Below are positions 1 through 9,204 of a stretch of 30,331 nt of DNA, piece after piece; within the stretch, counting starts at the first letter, position 1; each line of letters opens with the position of its first letter. The DNA is from Clostridiales bacterium (GTDB lineage: Bacteria; Bacillota; Clostridia; Lachnospirales; WQUN01), in the NCBI GenBank assembly GCA_031273705.1, contig JAISRJ010000137.1:1-30331 (forward strand), read 5' to 3'. The translations under genes and the position numbers were made by a program. The notes under the pieces were generated by a model. It worked only from the letters and a program-made list of their open reading frames with translations, was not told where the DNA came from and made no database searches.

Positions 1-773
1 CCCGACAGCGTGACCAGCGCGCCGGCAAGCAAACCGGATATTGTCCTTGCGTGTTTATATATTTTACCTTTGTTGGCGTTTTGTTCGTAGATTTCAAACA
101 AATGCTGCGCTATGGTGTATGCCAGCATAAAGGATACCGCGAACAGCGTCGCCATCATTAGGTTGTAACTGATGTTTGACGGGACAAAACTGAGTCTGGT
201 CAGATACGCGGCGAAGTATTGCCCTAAATAGTAATAGTTTATCGGTTGACCGGCGAACCACATATCTTGAGGCGGAAAATATTCACTCCGCAGGATGGAA
301 TTTACAAACCCAAAGTCCATAAATTTTTCCAGTCCTATGATTTCAGGCTTTATTCCACGCAGATATGACCAATAAAACAATAAAAAAATAAAAAGAGTTT
401 CCTGCGAGGATATGCGCTTTAAAATATCTTCGCTCTTTATGGCGTCTTTATAAAATCCCGTCTTTATTCCTATAGCAATATTGACCGCAAGACATAGAGA
501 AAGTACAATAAGAACTGTCGTGGGGGTAAAGGGCATAATTTTTAACGAACATATAACCCATGTTAAGTAACCTGATATAGCGATGCCAATCACCTTAGCG
601 AACATATATCCTCTGGCTTTAAAATCCTTGAATATTAAATTTGTAAGCGGAGCAAATATAAGACCCAACGCCAGCAGAGTAAGCCACCATTTAGCAAACT
701 GTATTACATCCGACCTTAAAAACGGTATCGCAATCACAAGCGGCGCCAGAGGCAGAATATATTTTCCTTTCAC
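1..773 (-). CDS. DUF2298 / Chlor_Arch_YYY-type integral membrane protein (GT-C-like), N-terminal part only; runs off the window edge
   Basis: Not in the ORF track; translated by hand. GTG at 773 with AGGAGG 7 nt upstream (781-786), open to position 3. Reads MKGKYILPLAPLV...LRGIKPEIIGLEKFMDFGFVNSILRSEYFPPQDMWFAGQPINYYYLGQYFAAYL, containing the YYYxG motif and several hydrophobic segments. Confidence 0.85.
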   Translation of the reverse strand, partial: MKGKYILPLAPLVIAIPFLRSDVIQFAKWWLTLLALGLIFAPLTNLIFKDFKARGYMFAKVIGIAISGYLTWVICSLKIMPFTPTTVLIVLSLCLAVNIAIGIKTGFYKDAIKSEDILKRISSQETLFIFLLFYWSYLRGIKPEIIGLEKFMDFGFVNSILRSEYFPPQDMWFAGQPINYYYLGQYFAAYLTRLSFVPSNISYNLMMATLFAVSFMLAYTIAQHLFEIYEQNANKGKIYKHARTISGLLAGALVTLS

Positions 774-795
774 ATTAGTACCTCCTTAGTTCGTA

Positions 796-2088
796 TTAAT
801 CAACAGCTATTATTTTACTTACCCGTTTACCCAAAACAACTGAATAATTTTGCCCTCTGTCCTCCGGGTAGATTTGCGCCATGCTGGCGAGATAAAGGTT
901 TTTTACAGGAGTCTCATAAGGCAGAATCTCTTTTGAATGATTCAACCCAATTACAGGTTGAGTGTACGCCGATCGAGTGATATAAGAATCTACAATTGAT
1001 TCGCGGCGAAAGCCTGTGAACATTCTGCTTACATACTCCAAAAACGTTTCTTTTATTTCCTCGTCCGAGGCTTCATAAAACGGGTCGGACGCGTCGATGT
1101 ATCTTGACAGGTATATGATATGTTTGCCATCGTAAGCCGGATCGCTTACCAGATTTGTATGTTCTATGAATAATACAAAGGGCGCTCCATGTTCCGCCAC
1201 GGTCACCCAATAGTAATCCGAGATTTTATGCTTAACAAACAGTGTAACGCAGATATTGGCCTTGTACTTTGTGGCTAAAGCCTGTTTTACATAATCGGTG
1301 GAAAAATCGCAGATATTAACCAGTTCCGCAGGAGCGCCGGTGAATAGCGCTTTATCGAACACCATTTCCCCAAATTTCGTTTCCACGCCGACCTTCCCGC
1401 CCGCGTATGGCACAATACGCTTTACTTGTTCGTAAGACATAGTGCAATTTGCGGCTAACAGTTTTTCCTCAATCTTCTTGTAAGCCTGATAAAATCCGCC
1501 TTTTAAGTAGCCCAGCATTTCTTTATTTATATTTGAGCGGGTAGAACCGCGCAATTTAAATTTGTTCCAGATCCAGACAGCGGACACATTCTCTGAATCC
1601 ACATCAAACTTTGAATATAAAAGAGCGCGCCAGATTTTATCATAAGCGTCGTTACCGGTTTTAGCTATAAGCCAATCCTTTGCCGTTACGCCCTCCATGC
1701 TGTGGTAATCCTGAATTTTTTTTGCCCGCAAAACCGCTAAGCCCATCCGAACGCGTCCGATAAAGGAAACCGGCGGGAAGAGAATTAAATCTATCGGGTT
1801 GGTAAAGGGATATAGTGTACTGTTCAAATACATTCCGTTCTTGGGTTCCAGCCATATCATTTGGGATGAAAGACCCAACTCGTTAATCAGGTTCAACAAT
1901 TCCGTATCGGTAGTAAATATGTGGTGATATAATAGATCTATATATGTGGAGCCGATGGGTATGGCACTCGCCAGCCCGCCCAAATGCCGCGGACTTTTAT
2001 CAAAGACTGTAATATTGTGCCCGCCCTTCATCAGTTCGTAAGCGGCTGTCAAGCCCGTGGGGCCCGCGCCGATAATTGCGATATTCAT
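796..2088 (-). CDS. NAD(P)/FAD-dependent oxidoreductase (HemY/amine-oxidase-like fold), substrate unknown
   Basis: 430 aa ORF with N-terminal Rossmann motif IAIIGAGPTGLTAAYEL and GGLA motif; C-terminal NLYLASMAQIYPEDRGQN. RBS GAGGAG 7 nt upstream. Confidence 0.85.
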   Translation of the reverse strand: MNIAIIGAGPTGLTAAYELMKGGHNITVFDKSPRHLGGLASAIPIGSTYIDLLYHHIFTTDTELLNLINELGLSSQMIWLEPKNGMYLNSTLYPFTNPIDLILFPPVSFIGRVRMGLAVLRAKKIQDYHSMEGVTAKDWLIAKTGNDAYDKIWRALLYSKFDVDSENVSAVWIWNKFKLRGSTRSNINKEMLGYLKGGFYQAYKKIEEKLLAANCTMSYEQVKRIVPYAGGKVGVETKFGEMVFDKALFTGAPAELVNICDFSTDYVKQALATKYKANICVTLFVKHKISDYYWVTVAEHGAPFVLFIEHTNLVSDPAYDGKHIIYLSRYIDASDPFYEASDEEIKETFLEYVSRMFTGFRRESIVDSYITRSAYTQPVIGLNHSKEILPYETPVKNLYLASMAQIYPEDRGQNYSVVLGKRVSKIIAVD

Positions 2089-2139
2089 AAATAATCTCCT
2101 CTTTTAACAGCTTATGGACATTGCGGAGGGGCATATGAC

Positions 2140-2171
2140 GCGGGGGGACGCCGAGGGCGGCGTCCCCCCGC
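2140..2171. repeat. GC-rich perfect inverted repeat (14-bp stem, 4-nt loop), intercistronic; REP-like or mRNA-stabilising hairpin
   Basis: GCGGGGGGACGCCG-AGGG-CGGCGTCCCCCCGC, abutting the TAG of the 772-aa gene. No U-tract on either strand. Confidence 0.7.
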
Positions 2172-4489
2172 TAGGGTGTGTATTCTGTCTTTAGCACTCT
2201 TAACTCGCGCTCGGTGTCCGCGTACACCACCGTACTTACCTTTTCCATTAATTCCAAGTTCATAACCACATAATTTCCATTAATTAAAAACTCCGGATCT
2301 ACTACAATATAGGAAAGTTTATTGTCGTTTATCAATTCACGCAGACGTTCTTCATCCTGAGTGGTGACAATTTCGTTGAAAATTTCTTCTCTTCCGTTGG
2401 TATCATATCCGCCAGACCAGGCGTAATACGGCCAGCCATAAAATTCTTTCCGGCCGGCAAAATATATTTCATCCACTCCATCCCAATATGAAAAGAAAAT
2501 CTCTTCGGGTTTGGTGTTTTGTTTAAGCCATTTTGAGTACGCGCTTTGGTCTTGTACAATCGCGCTCCTGTTAGGTCCGTCCAGATTCTTTATTGTAAAA
2601 ATATCTATAATACCGGTTATTGTCATAAAAGCCACAATAACTATCGCCACAAGTTTTCCGATAATACTAAAGGCCATTCTTCCCCTAAAGCCATATAATT
2701 TTATCGTAAGCAATTGGCAGACCACATACGCGGCGAATATATTCACCAAGGCTATAGAAATCATCAGAAATTTATGATTTACCGTCACATCCGGCGTTAG
2801 TGAGAGCGTAAATGTCAGGATCAGGGGCGTAATAAACATTAGCCCGAACACGGCGAATTTTTTAAGTTTGAGAATAACGCCCAACGCCGCCACTATAAGT
2901 ACAATGCCTGTTAAGGCGAACAGATAGTTCCTTACTCCTATCGCTGATTTTTCTTCGGCGATAAATCCAAAAACATATGCCGGTTGCGCCAGAGCGATAC
3001 CCGGCGCGAAAAACATTGTTTCCGCCCTGGAAAGTCCGTAAGCGATTACGGCGATTATCAGGTATTCCAGCTTGTGTTTGCTAAATAAACCCAATACGGC
3101 AAGCATAGAAAGCAACGCGATAACAGCCGAGCCATGAAAATACGCCATTGCTCCGATTAGTATGCCTAACGCGATGGGTCTGATTATTTTCGCGGGCAGC
3201 CAGGAGGATTTCTCAAAGAATAAGCGCTTGAATGAAATACCACTTTTATTTTGCTTAATCCTTATTTTTTGAGGCTTTCTTGAACCGGAGGAATCCAAAG
3301 AATCCAAAGAATCCAAATTCTTAAACGCGCTTAATTCGTTTAACGAGTTCGCGGTCTCTTCGGATACGTCGGGGGGTATGTTCGATTCGACAGAGCTGAC
3401 TGGTTCCACCGATAATCTTGGCAATGGCTCGGTATCTTCTAATATAATAGCTTTATTAGAAATATTAGATTTTACGGATACTGTTTCTCTTGATTTTTTC
3501 CGGAGCTTTTTTTTAATTTCTATGAAAAGCGGCATCATCACCAGCAAACCAAAAATCACGACGCTTATTCCCAAAGCAAAGTGTCGCTGATTGGCATACA
3601 CATTCATATTCCACAAGCCCCAATTCTCGTTGGGGGTGTATCCGATAAACGCGGGATTTTTGTATATTATTTTGAAGAACTGTGATATGGAATGCGCGTT
3701 TTCCAGCATGTATCTGGGTCCGGTCATGGAACTTCTGAAAAGAAAAAATATAATGGTTATCATACCGACCAATTTTTTGCCGGTAATAGAAACAGCCAAC
3801 ACATACAGCAGAAGCAAGGCGTTAATCAAAACTATGATACTTAAAAGGTTCATGCCCTTATCCATAGGCATACCAAGGTATTCCAATACCCCTACGCAGA
3901 ATTGGAACATGAAGTGATAACGGATTGTTCCGTCGGGGAAGTGCGGAAATTCGGTAGGAAAATTGCTGCCAAGCGAGAATGAGCGTATCAGCGCGGTATG
4001 AACGGAAAAATCGCTGAATATAGAGTAGCCCATGTTGTAAACCCCGTCTGTCTGAAAGAAGGTATATGTCATAAGCCAAGTAATAAACGCGCCGACCAGC
4101 GCGAAGAAGAAGTACACCGCCGGTTGCTCTATTAAAGACCGAATAAAATCCGCCCATATAACTCTAAGCCCGGCGAACTTGAATCGCCCGGCAGCTTTAT
4201 ATATTCCGACTACAAGCACGAGTACGGCAAAAGTAATAATACATCCGATTTTTAACGGATCATCGGAGTCGCGAAATAAATAGGAAAAGATGTATAATGA
4301 CCAGCCGGTCAGCATCAGACCGCACGAAAAAGCACCGGGGAATATTACGAATACAGCCGGAAATAACGGACTTTCATCCCGCGGGCTAAAAAAAGTATAA
4401 GCCGATGGTCGGAATATATAGGGGAAGCATTTTCGTATAAAGATGTAACCCAAGGCAAGGCTGAGCGCCAATAACAGAATGGCAAGCAT
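2171..4489 (-). CDS. Large polytopic membrane protein, GT-C-like glycosyltransferase related to the DUF2298/YYY family
   Basis: 772 aa with many TM segments. Loop DFSVHTALIRSFSLGSNFPTEFPHFPDGTIRYHF aligns by eye with the YYY loop of the gene at 1-773. C-terminal soluble domain WLKQNT...AGRKEFYGW...R...LSYIVVD resembles that family. Confidence 0.7.
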   Translation of the reverse strand: MLAILLLALSLALGYIFIRKCFPYIFRPSAYTFFSPRDESPLFPAVFVIFPGAFSCGLMLTGWSLYIFSYLFRDSDDPLKIGCIITFAVLVLVVGIYKAAGRFKFAGLRVIWADFIRSLIEQPAVYFFFALVGAFITWLMTYTFFQTDGVYNMGYSIFSDFSVHTALIRSFSLGSNFPTEFPHFPDGTIRYHFMFQFCVGVLEYLGMPMDKGMNLLSIIVLINALLLLYVLAVSITGKKLVGMITIIFFLFRSSMTGPRYMLENAHSISQFFKIIYKNPAFIGYTPNENWGLWNMNVYANQRHFALGISVVIFGLLVMMPLFIEIKKKLRKKSRETVSVKSNISNKAIILEDTEPLPRLSVEPVSSVESNIPPDVSEETANSLNELSAFKNLDSLDSLDSSGSRKPQKIRIKQNKSGISFKRLFFEKSSWLPAKIIRPIALGILIGAMAYFHGSAVIALLSMLAVLGLFSKHKLEYLIIAVIAYGLSRAETMFFAPGIALAQPAYVFGFIAEEKSAIGVRNYLFALTGIVLIVAALGVILKLKKFAVFGLMFITPLILTFTLSLTPDVTVNHKFLMISIALVNIFAAYVVCQLLTIKLYGFRGRMAFSIIGKLVAIVIVAFMTITGIIDIFTIKNLDGPNRSAIVQDQSAYSKWLKQNTKPEEIFFSYWDGVDEIYFAGRKEFYGWPYYAWSGGYDTNGREEIFNEIVTTQDEERLRELINDNKLSYIVVDPEFLINGNYVVMNLELMEKVSTVVYADTERELRVLKTEYTP
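3291..3317. repeat. 3 x 9-bp tandem repeat GAATCCAAA (encodes LDS-LDS-LDS)
   Basis: Copies at 3291-3299, 3300-3308 and 3309-3317, inside a hydrophilic insert of the membrane protein. Confidence 0.9.
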
Positions 4490-4576
4490 ATTAAAACCCT
4501 CTTTACTTTCGTATATTTTGCGCGAGGCACCGTATGGAGTATTAGCTCCGCTGTACCAGCGGTTGAACAGAGATAG

Positions 4577-4604
4577 TTGACGGATGTATTATGTCGATTA
4601 TAAT
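4577..4604 (+). promoter_or_regulatory. SigA-type promoter for uvrC
   Basis: TTGACG-N16-TATAAT, 67 nt upstream of the ATG; RBS GGAGG precedes the ATG. Confidence 0.65.
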
Positions 4605-4671
4605 TACTTTAGCATTAAATATCAACTGGTTAAGGCTGGAATATTTTTGATATTAATTATTCGGAGGAATT

Positions 4672-6525
4672 ATGTTTGACATACAGGAAGAATTAAAAAA
4701 GCTGCCTAAGAAGCCCGGTGTGTACCTAATGAAAGACGCCGACGATAACATTATTTATGTTGGCAAGGCGCTTAATCTTTCCAATCGTGTGCGGCAATAT
4801 TTCCATTCGCCCAACGGACACACCCCCAAAGTGCGGCATATGACCCCACACATAAAAGAGTTTGAATATGTGGTGACAGAGAACGAAGTCGAGGCGCTTA
4901 TTCTGGAGTGCAACCTGATAAAAAAGCACTCTCCAAAATACAACGCCACGCTGAAAGACGACAAATCGTATCCATTCATAAAATTGACTGTCGCCGAACA
5001 ATACCCCAGAGTGTTTCTCGCACGAAAGCACGAAAAAGATAAGGCTAAATATTTCGGACCATACACAAGTTCGACCGCAATTCGCGAATCTCTGGATCTG
5101 ATTCAAAATGTGTGGCCGTTAAGGTCATGCTCACGTCGGCTACCCAGAGATATTGGTAAAGAACGTCCTTGCTTAAACTATCATATTGGAAAATGCAAAG
5201 CCCCTTGCGCCGGAAAAATTGACGAGACTGATTACCGAAAGATTGTTGATGAGGTTATAAAATTTTTGAACGGCAAACAGGATGAAATAAAAAATCGCTT
5301 GACAGACGAAATGCAATCGGCGTCTTTCAACCTAGAGTTTGAACGGGCGGCGGAACTGCGTGACAAAATTGCCGCTCTTAACACACTGTGCGAAAAGCAA
5401 AAAGCGGACAGCGCTTCCGACGACGACCAAGATGTTATCGCCTTCAGCAGAGCGAATGACGAAGCGCTTGTGCAAGTGTTTTTTATCCGCTCGGGAAAAA
5501 TGGTCGGACGTGAACATTACATGCTTAATAGAGTGGAACATCTGATGAGGGAAGAGGTAATGTCCGCCTTTGTAAAGCAATTCTACGCCGAGGCAGCCTA
5601 TATTCCCAAGGAATTGATTGTAGAAATTCAACCGGACGAACCGGAGATTATCGCGAAATGGCTGAGCGCCTTAAAGGGGCAGGGGGTTAGTATCACGGCG
5701 CCCCAAAAGGGAGATAAACTGAAGCTGGTAAAAATGGCTTCAGAAAACGCTTCGTTGGCGTTGTCGTCGTTTGGAGAACATATAAGGCGCGAATTTTTAC
5801 GTACTATCGGCGCAATGAACGAGATAGGGGAGGCATTAGGCATTTCCCACGACTTAAATCGTGTGGAAGCATATGATATTTCCAACACACAAGGTTTTGA
5901 ATCTGTCGGGTCGATGGTGGTATTCGAGCGTGGCAGGGCTAAGAACAGCGACTATCGTAAATTTAAGATTAAGAGCGTAATCGGACCTGACGACTACGCA
6001 AGTATAGAGGAAGTAATTGACAGACGGTTTACGAGATATTTGAAAGAGCTGGAAAACGAAGATATAAAGAACGCCAAGTTTTTAAAACTGCCCGATATTT
6101 TATTCATCGACGGGGGAAAAGGGCAGGTTCACGCGGCGCAAAAGGCTCTAAAGCGGAATAATGTTAATATACCCGTCTGTGGGATGATAAAAGACGATAA
6201 ACACAGGACCAGAGGGCTGTGGTATAACGAACGGGAAATAACGCTGCCCACCGGTTCGGAAGGTTTTAAACTGCTTACCCGCATACAGGATGAAGTTCAC
6301 CGTTTCGCGATAGAGTATCATAGAAAACTGCGGCGGGACACGCAAGTTAAATCTATGCTGGATGATATAAGCGGCATTGGTCCGACACGGAGAAAAGAAC
6401 TAATGCGTCATTTTAAAAGCCTGGAAAATATTCGCAAAGCGGAGATAGACGATCTAATGCAGGTAGAGGGGATGAACCGCCCGTCCTCACAAGCGGTGTA
6501 TGATTTTTTTCGGAGCGGGCTATAA
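4672..6525 (+). CDS. uvrC: Excinuclease ABC subunit C
   Basis: 617 aa: GIY-YIG N-terminus (LPKKPGVYLMKD...IIYVGKALNL), UVR domain (LEFERAAELRD), RNase H-like domain (EAYDISN, IDGGKGQ) and C-terminal HhH (GIGPTRRKELM). Confidence 0.97.
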   Translation: MFDIQEELKKLPKKPGVYLMKDADDNIIYVGKALNLSNRVRQYFHSPNGHTPKVRHMTPHIKEFEYVVTENEVEALILECNLIKKHSPKYNATLKDDKSYPFIKLTVAEQYPRVFLARKHEKDKAKYFGPYTSSTAIRESLDLIQNVWPLRSCSRRLPRDIGKERPCLNYHIGKCKAPCAGKIDETDYRKIVDEVIKFLNGKQDEIKNRLTDEMQSASFNLEFERAAELRDKIAALNTLCEKQKADSASDDDQDVIAFSRANDEALVQVFFIRSGKMVGREHYMLNRVEHLMREEVMSAFVKQFYAEAAYIPKELIVEIQPDEPEIIAKWLSALKGQGVSITAPQKGDKLKLVKMASENASLALSSFGEHIRREFLRTIGAMNEIGEALGISHDLNRVEAYDISNTQGFESVGSMVVFERGRAKNSDYRKFKIKSVIGPDDYASIEEVIDRRFTRYLKELENEDIKNAKFLKLPDILFIDGGKGQVHAAQKALKRNNVNIPVCGMIKDDKHRTRGLWYNEREITLPTGSEGFKLLTRIQDEVHRFAIEYHRKLRRDTQVKSMLDDISGIGPTRRKELMRHFKSLENIRKAEIDDLMQVEGMNRPSSQAVYDFFRSGL

Positions 6526-6599
6526 GGAGCGTATTATACCCGCGAGCGAAATCATTTGCCATCCATACGTTTTTTTAGCACAATACCGCATCAAACGTC

Positions 6600-6643
6600 T
6601 ACTTGCGTACCTTGCGGGTACGCGGCGCGGCCACCTGCAAGTA
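6600..6643. repeat. Nested inverted repeats in the uvrC-MCP intergenic region
   Basis: GCGTACC (6605-6611) / GGTACGC (6617-6623) and TACTTGC (6600-6606) / GCAAGTA (6637-6643). Confidence 0.5.
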
Positions 6644-6739
6644 TAACCATTATTGGAATATCGAATTAATATATCCCAATTAATGAATGATCTGTCTATG
6701 GCGAGGGACACTAGTATTATATTGGAATAGGAGGACTCT

Positions 6740-9052
6740 ATGCTAAAGAACGTAGGAATAAAATTCCGAATAACCGCTATTACACTGGCCATTAATGTGA
6801 TGATTATTACAATTATGATTAGCATGTTCATAATTAGTTTTAAAAAAGCAAATGAAAACAGCAATGAAGAAATGAGGAATAGCCTCTACCAGAGTTTTGA
6901 CGATCTAATTAAATCAGAAGTACAAAATGTTTACTCTCTGTTGGATACTTTTTATCAGAGATATCTGACTGGCGAATTAACCGAAGACGAAGCGCGTTTG
7001 CAAGCGGCAAACACCGTTCGTGAATTGCGATACGCTGATCAAAACTATTTTTGGCTGCATACCCGCGAAGCCTTTTGCATAGTTCTGTATGGTTCCGCTA
7101 AAGAAGGCACAAACAGGTATGAAGAAGTAGACGCTAACGGTTATAAGTTTATGCAAAATCTGGTTACAAGCGCTCAAATTCCGGAAGGAGTCTTTACAGA
7201 TTATTACTTTACAAAGCTGGGCGAAGAGATCCCTCAGCCAAAGCGCGCTTTTAGTTTATTTCATGACGGATTTGGCTGGGAAGTAGGCACCGGTAACTAT
7301 ACCAACGATATTGAAGCTATCGTAATGAAAAAAATAGAGGAATCCAATAGCGCCGCAACAAATATTTTGATGTTAATGATTTCCATATCGATTGTTTTGT
7401 TGGGGCTATCCGCGGGCGCCTCATATATTTTCGCGGGTTCGATGGCTAACCCTATATATAGATTATCAAACGCGGCCAAAATTGTGGCGAAAGGTAACCT
7501 GGACATAGATCGATTGGATTTAATAAAAGACAAGAACGGGTTATTCGGTATTCTTGTAACAAATTTCTTTAAGGTTGTGGATACGTTCAAGTTATTGAGT
7601 ACCGAACTTAATAGAGTATCACACGAACATAATATTGGAGAAACCGAAGCTGTTATAGATGAAGGTTTATTCGCGGGCGCTTATAAAGATGTGGCGTCTG
7701 GGGTAAATGAGATGGTTAAGGCATATGTCATGCAAATGAGAAGTCTGTTGTATTGCCTAAGAAAGTTTGGGTCAGGCAACTTTAATGTAGAGATTCCTCA
7801 GCTGCCCGGTAAAAAAGCCTCGCTTAATCTGGTGCTAGAGGAACTGCGCACAAACCTAAAAGAAATAAACGGAGAAATAGACATACTGGTGCAAAAGGCG
7901 GTGGCCGGCGAATTATCCTCCAGGGCAAATACGAAAAATTTTAAGGGTGATTGGAAAAAAATGTTAGAGGAGCTTAACTCTCTCATGGATTCTATTATTT
8001 CCCCGATAAATGAGGCTGCCGTTGTATTGCGGCATGTTTCGCAAGGTTATTTTGATCTGAAAATTGAGGGCGAATATCAAGGCGATTTTATGCTGATAAA
8101 AAATTCTATAAATGAAACAATAACGAATATCTCTTCATATATAAATGAAATATCAAGTGTTTTAATTGCCATTTCAGAAAATGATTTAACTCGGTCAATA
8201 AACAGAGAATATGTCGGAACATTTGCGCAAATAAAAACAGCCCTTAATAATATAACGGACACATTAAGCGGAATAGTCTCCCATATACAAGATTCCGCGA
8301 GCAGAGTAGCGGATGAGGCCGCTCAAATATCCAAAACCAGTTTAGTACTGGCGGAAGGTTCTTCCAAACAGTCGGCGTCCATACAAGAACTTAACGCGAC
8401 TATAATGGGAATTAACGAGAGTACGAAGGAAAACGCTACAAACACAAAAGAAGCGGAGAATTTGGCGGGGGTTTCCACAAGGGTCGCCTATAAAGGGGAT
8501 CAGAATATGAAAGATATGATCTTGTCAATGGAGAGTATTACAAAATCATCCAAAGATATAGCGAGTATAATAAAGGTTATAGACGATATCGCGTTTCAAA
8601 CTAACCTATTGGCGCTTAACGCCGCCGTTGAGGCAGCCAGAGCGGGAGAGCACGGCAGGGGTTTCTCTGTCGTCGCTGAAGAAGTACGTAACTTGGCGGG
8701 AAAAAGTTCGTCCGCTTCTAAAGAAGTCGCCGATTTGATTGTAGAATCGATAGACAGGGTTGAAGTCGGCTCAAAATCCGCGGATATGACAGCGGAAACG
8801 CTTCATACTATCGCCACGGACGTACAAGGGGTATCTGATTTGATATCGAAGATTACCGAAGCTACGGAAAACCAAGCCCAAGCGCTTAACGAAGTTACCT
8901 TTGGATTAATGCAAATAACCGACGTAGTACATTCTAACTCGTCGGCGTCGCAAGAAGCCGCCGCCGCGGCTCAGCAACTGGCAAGCAGAGCGGAATTATT
9001 AAGAATTTTAGTGGGAAAGTTTAAGTTGGCGATAAAAACAAAGTCAGCGTGA
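6740..9052 (+). CDS. Methyl-accepting chemotaxis protein (TM - Cache sensor - TM - multiple HAMP - MCP signalling domain)
   Basis: 770 aa with two TM segments flanking an sCache_2-like domain (YFWL...D.NG.KF...Y.F.K...K.....GWEVGTG.Y). Signalling hairpin IDDIAFQTNLLALNAAVEAARAGEHGRGFSVVAEEVRNLA. RBS AGGAGG. Confidence 0.95.
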   Translation: MLKNVGIKFRITAITLAINVMIITIMISMFIISFKKANENSNEEMRNSLYQSFDDLIKSEVQNVYSLLDTFYQRYLTGELTEDEARLQAANTVRELRYADQNYFWLHTREAFCIVLYGSAKEGTNRYEEVDANGYKFMQNLVTSAQIPEGVFTDYYFTKLGEEIPQPKRAFSLFHDGFGWEVGTGNYTNDIEAIVMKKIEESNSAATNILMLMISISIVLLGLSAGASYIFAGSMANPIYRLSNAAKIVAKGNLDIDRLDLIKDKNGLFGILVTNFFKVVDTFKLLSTELNRVSHEHNIGETEAVIDEGLFAGAYKDVASGVNEMVKAYVMQMRSLLYCLRKFGSGNFNVEIPQLPGKKASLNLVLEELRTNLKEINGEIDILVQKAVAGELSSRANTKNFKGDWKKMLEELNSLMDSIISPINEAAVVLRHVSQGYFDLKIEGEYQGDFMLIKNSINETITNISSYINEISSVLIAISENDLTRSINREYVGTFAQIKTALNNITDTLSGIVSHIQDSASRVADEAAQISKTSLVLAEGSSKQSASIQELNATIMGINESTKENATNTKEAENLAGVSTRVAYKGDQNMKDMILSMESITKSSKDIASIIKVIDDIAFQTNLLALNAAVEAARAGEHGRGFSVVAEEVRNLAGKSSSASKEVADLIVESIDRVEVGSKSADMTAETLHTIATDVQGVSDLISKITEATENQAQALNEVTFGLMQITDVVHSNSSASQEAAAAAQQLASRAELLRILVGKFKLAIKTKSA

Positions 9053-9073
9053 ATCTATCAATAATACAATTAT

Positions 9074-9100
9074 ACGGGCGATTAGAAGTCGCCCGTTTTT
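9074..9100 (+). terminator. Intrinsic terminator after the MCP gene
   Basis: ACGGGCGA-TTAGAAG-TCGCCCGT followed by a T run. Confidence 0.8.
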
Positions 9101-9121
9101 CAACACTTTTCTTTCTGGCTA

Positions 9122-9150
9122 TTGAAATTTTTGTGTAAAAGGTATATATT
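9122..9150 (+). promoter_or_regulatory. SigA-type promoter for the hprK operon
   Basis: TTGAAA-N17-TATATT, downstream of the MCP terminator. Confidence 0.55.
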
Positions 9151-9204
9151 GTATGCGTATTTACTATCGATTATTCCCAAGTGTAGTTCGAGAGGACTGG
9201 TAGC

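Noticed and set aside
796-2088. Assignment as protoporphyrinogen oxidase (hemY) or UDP-galactopyranose mutase (glf)
   Set aside because: Only the FAD-binding motif is shared; there is no heme-pathway context and I do not recognise UGM-specific motifs.
3507-3514. A8 homopolymer as a phase-variation tract in the GT-C-like gene
   Set aside because: Equal-length A tracts occur in housekeeping genes here (HAD near 21573, iscS near 30131), so this is background.
4490-4671. LexA (Cheo) box upstream of uvrC
   Set aside because: No GAAC-N4-GTTC match; only two small hairpins (4536-4549, 4548-4562) of no clear meaning.
6526-6739. c-di-GMP riboswitch or sigma-28 promoter upstream of the MCP
   Set aside because: The GCAAA/GAAA/GACGCAAAGC pattern and TAAA-N15/16-GCCGATA were not found.
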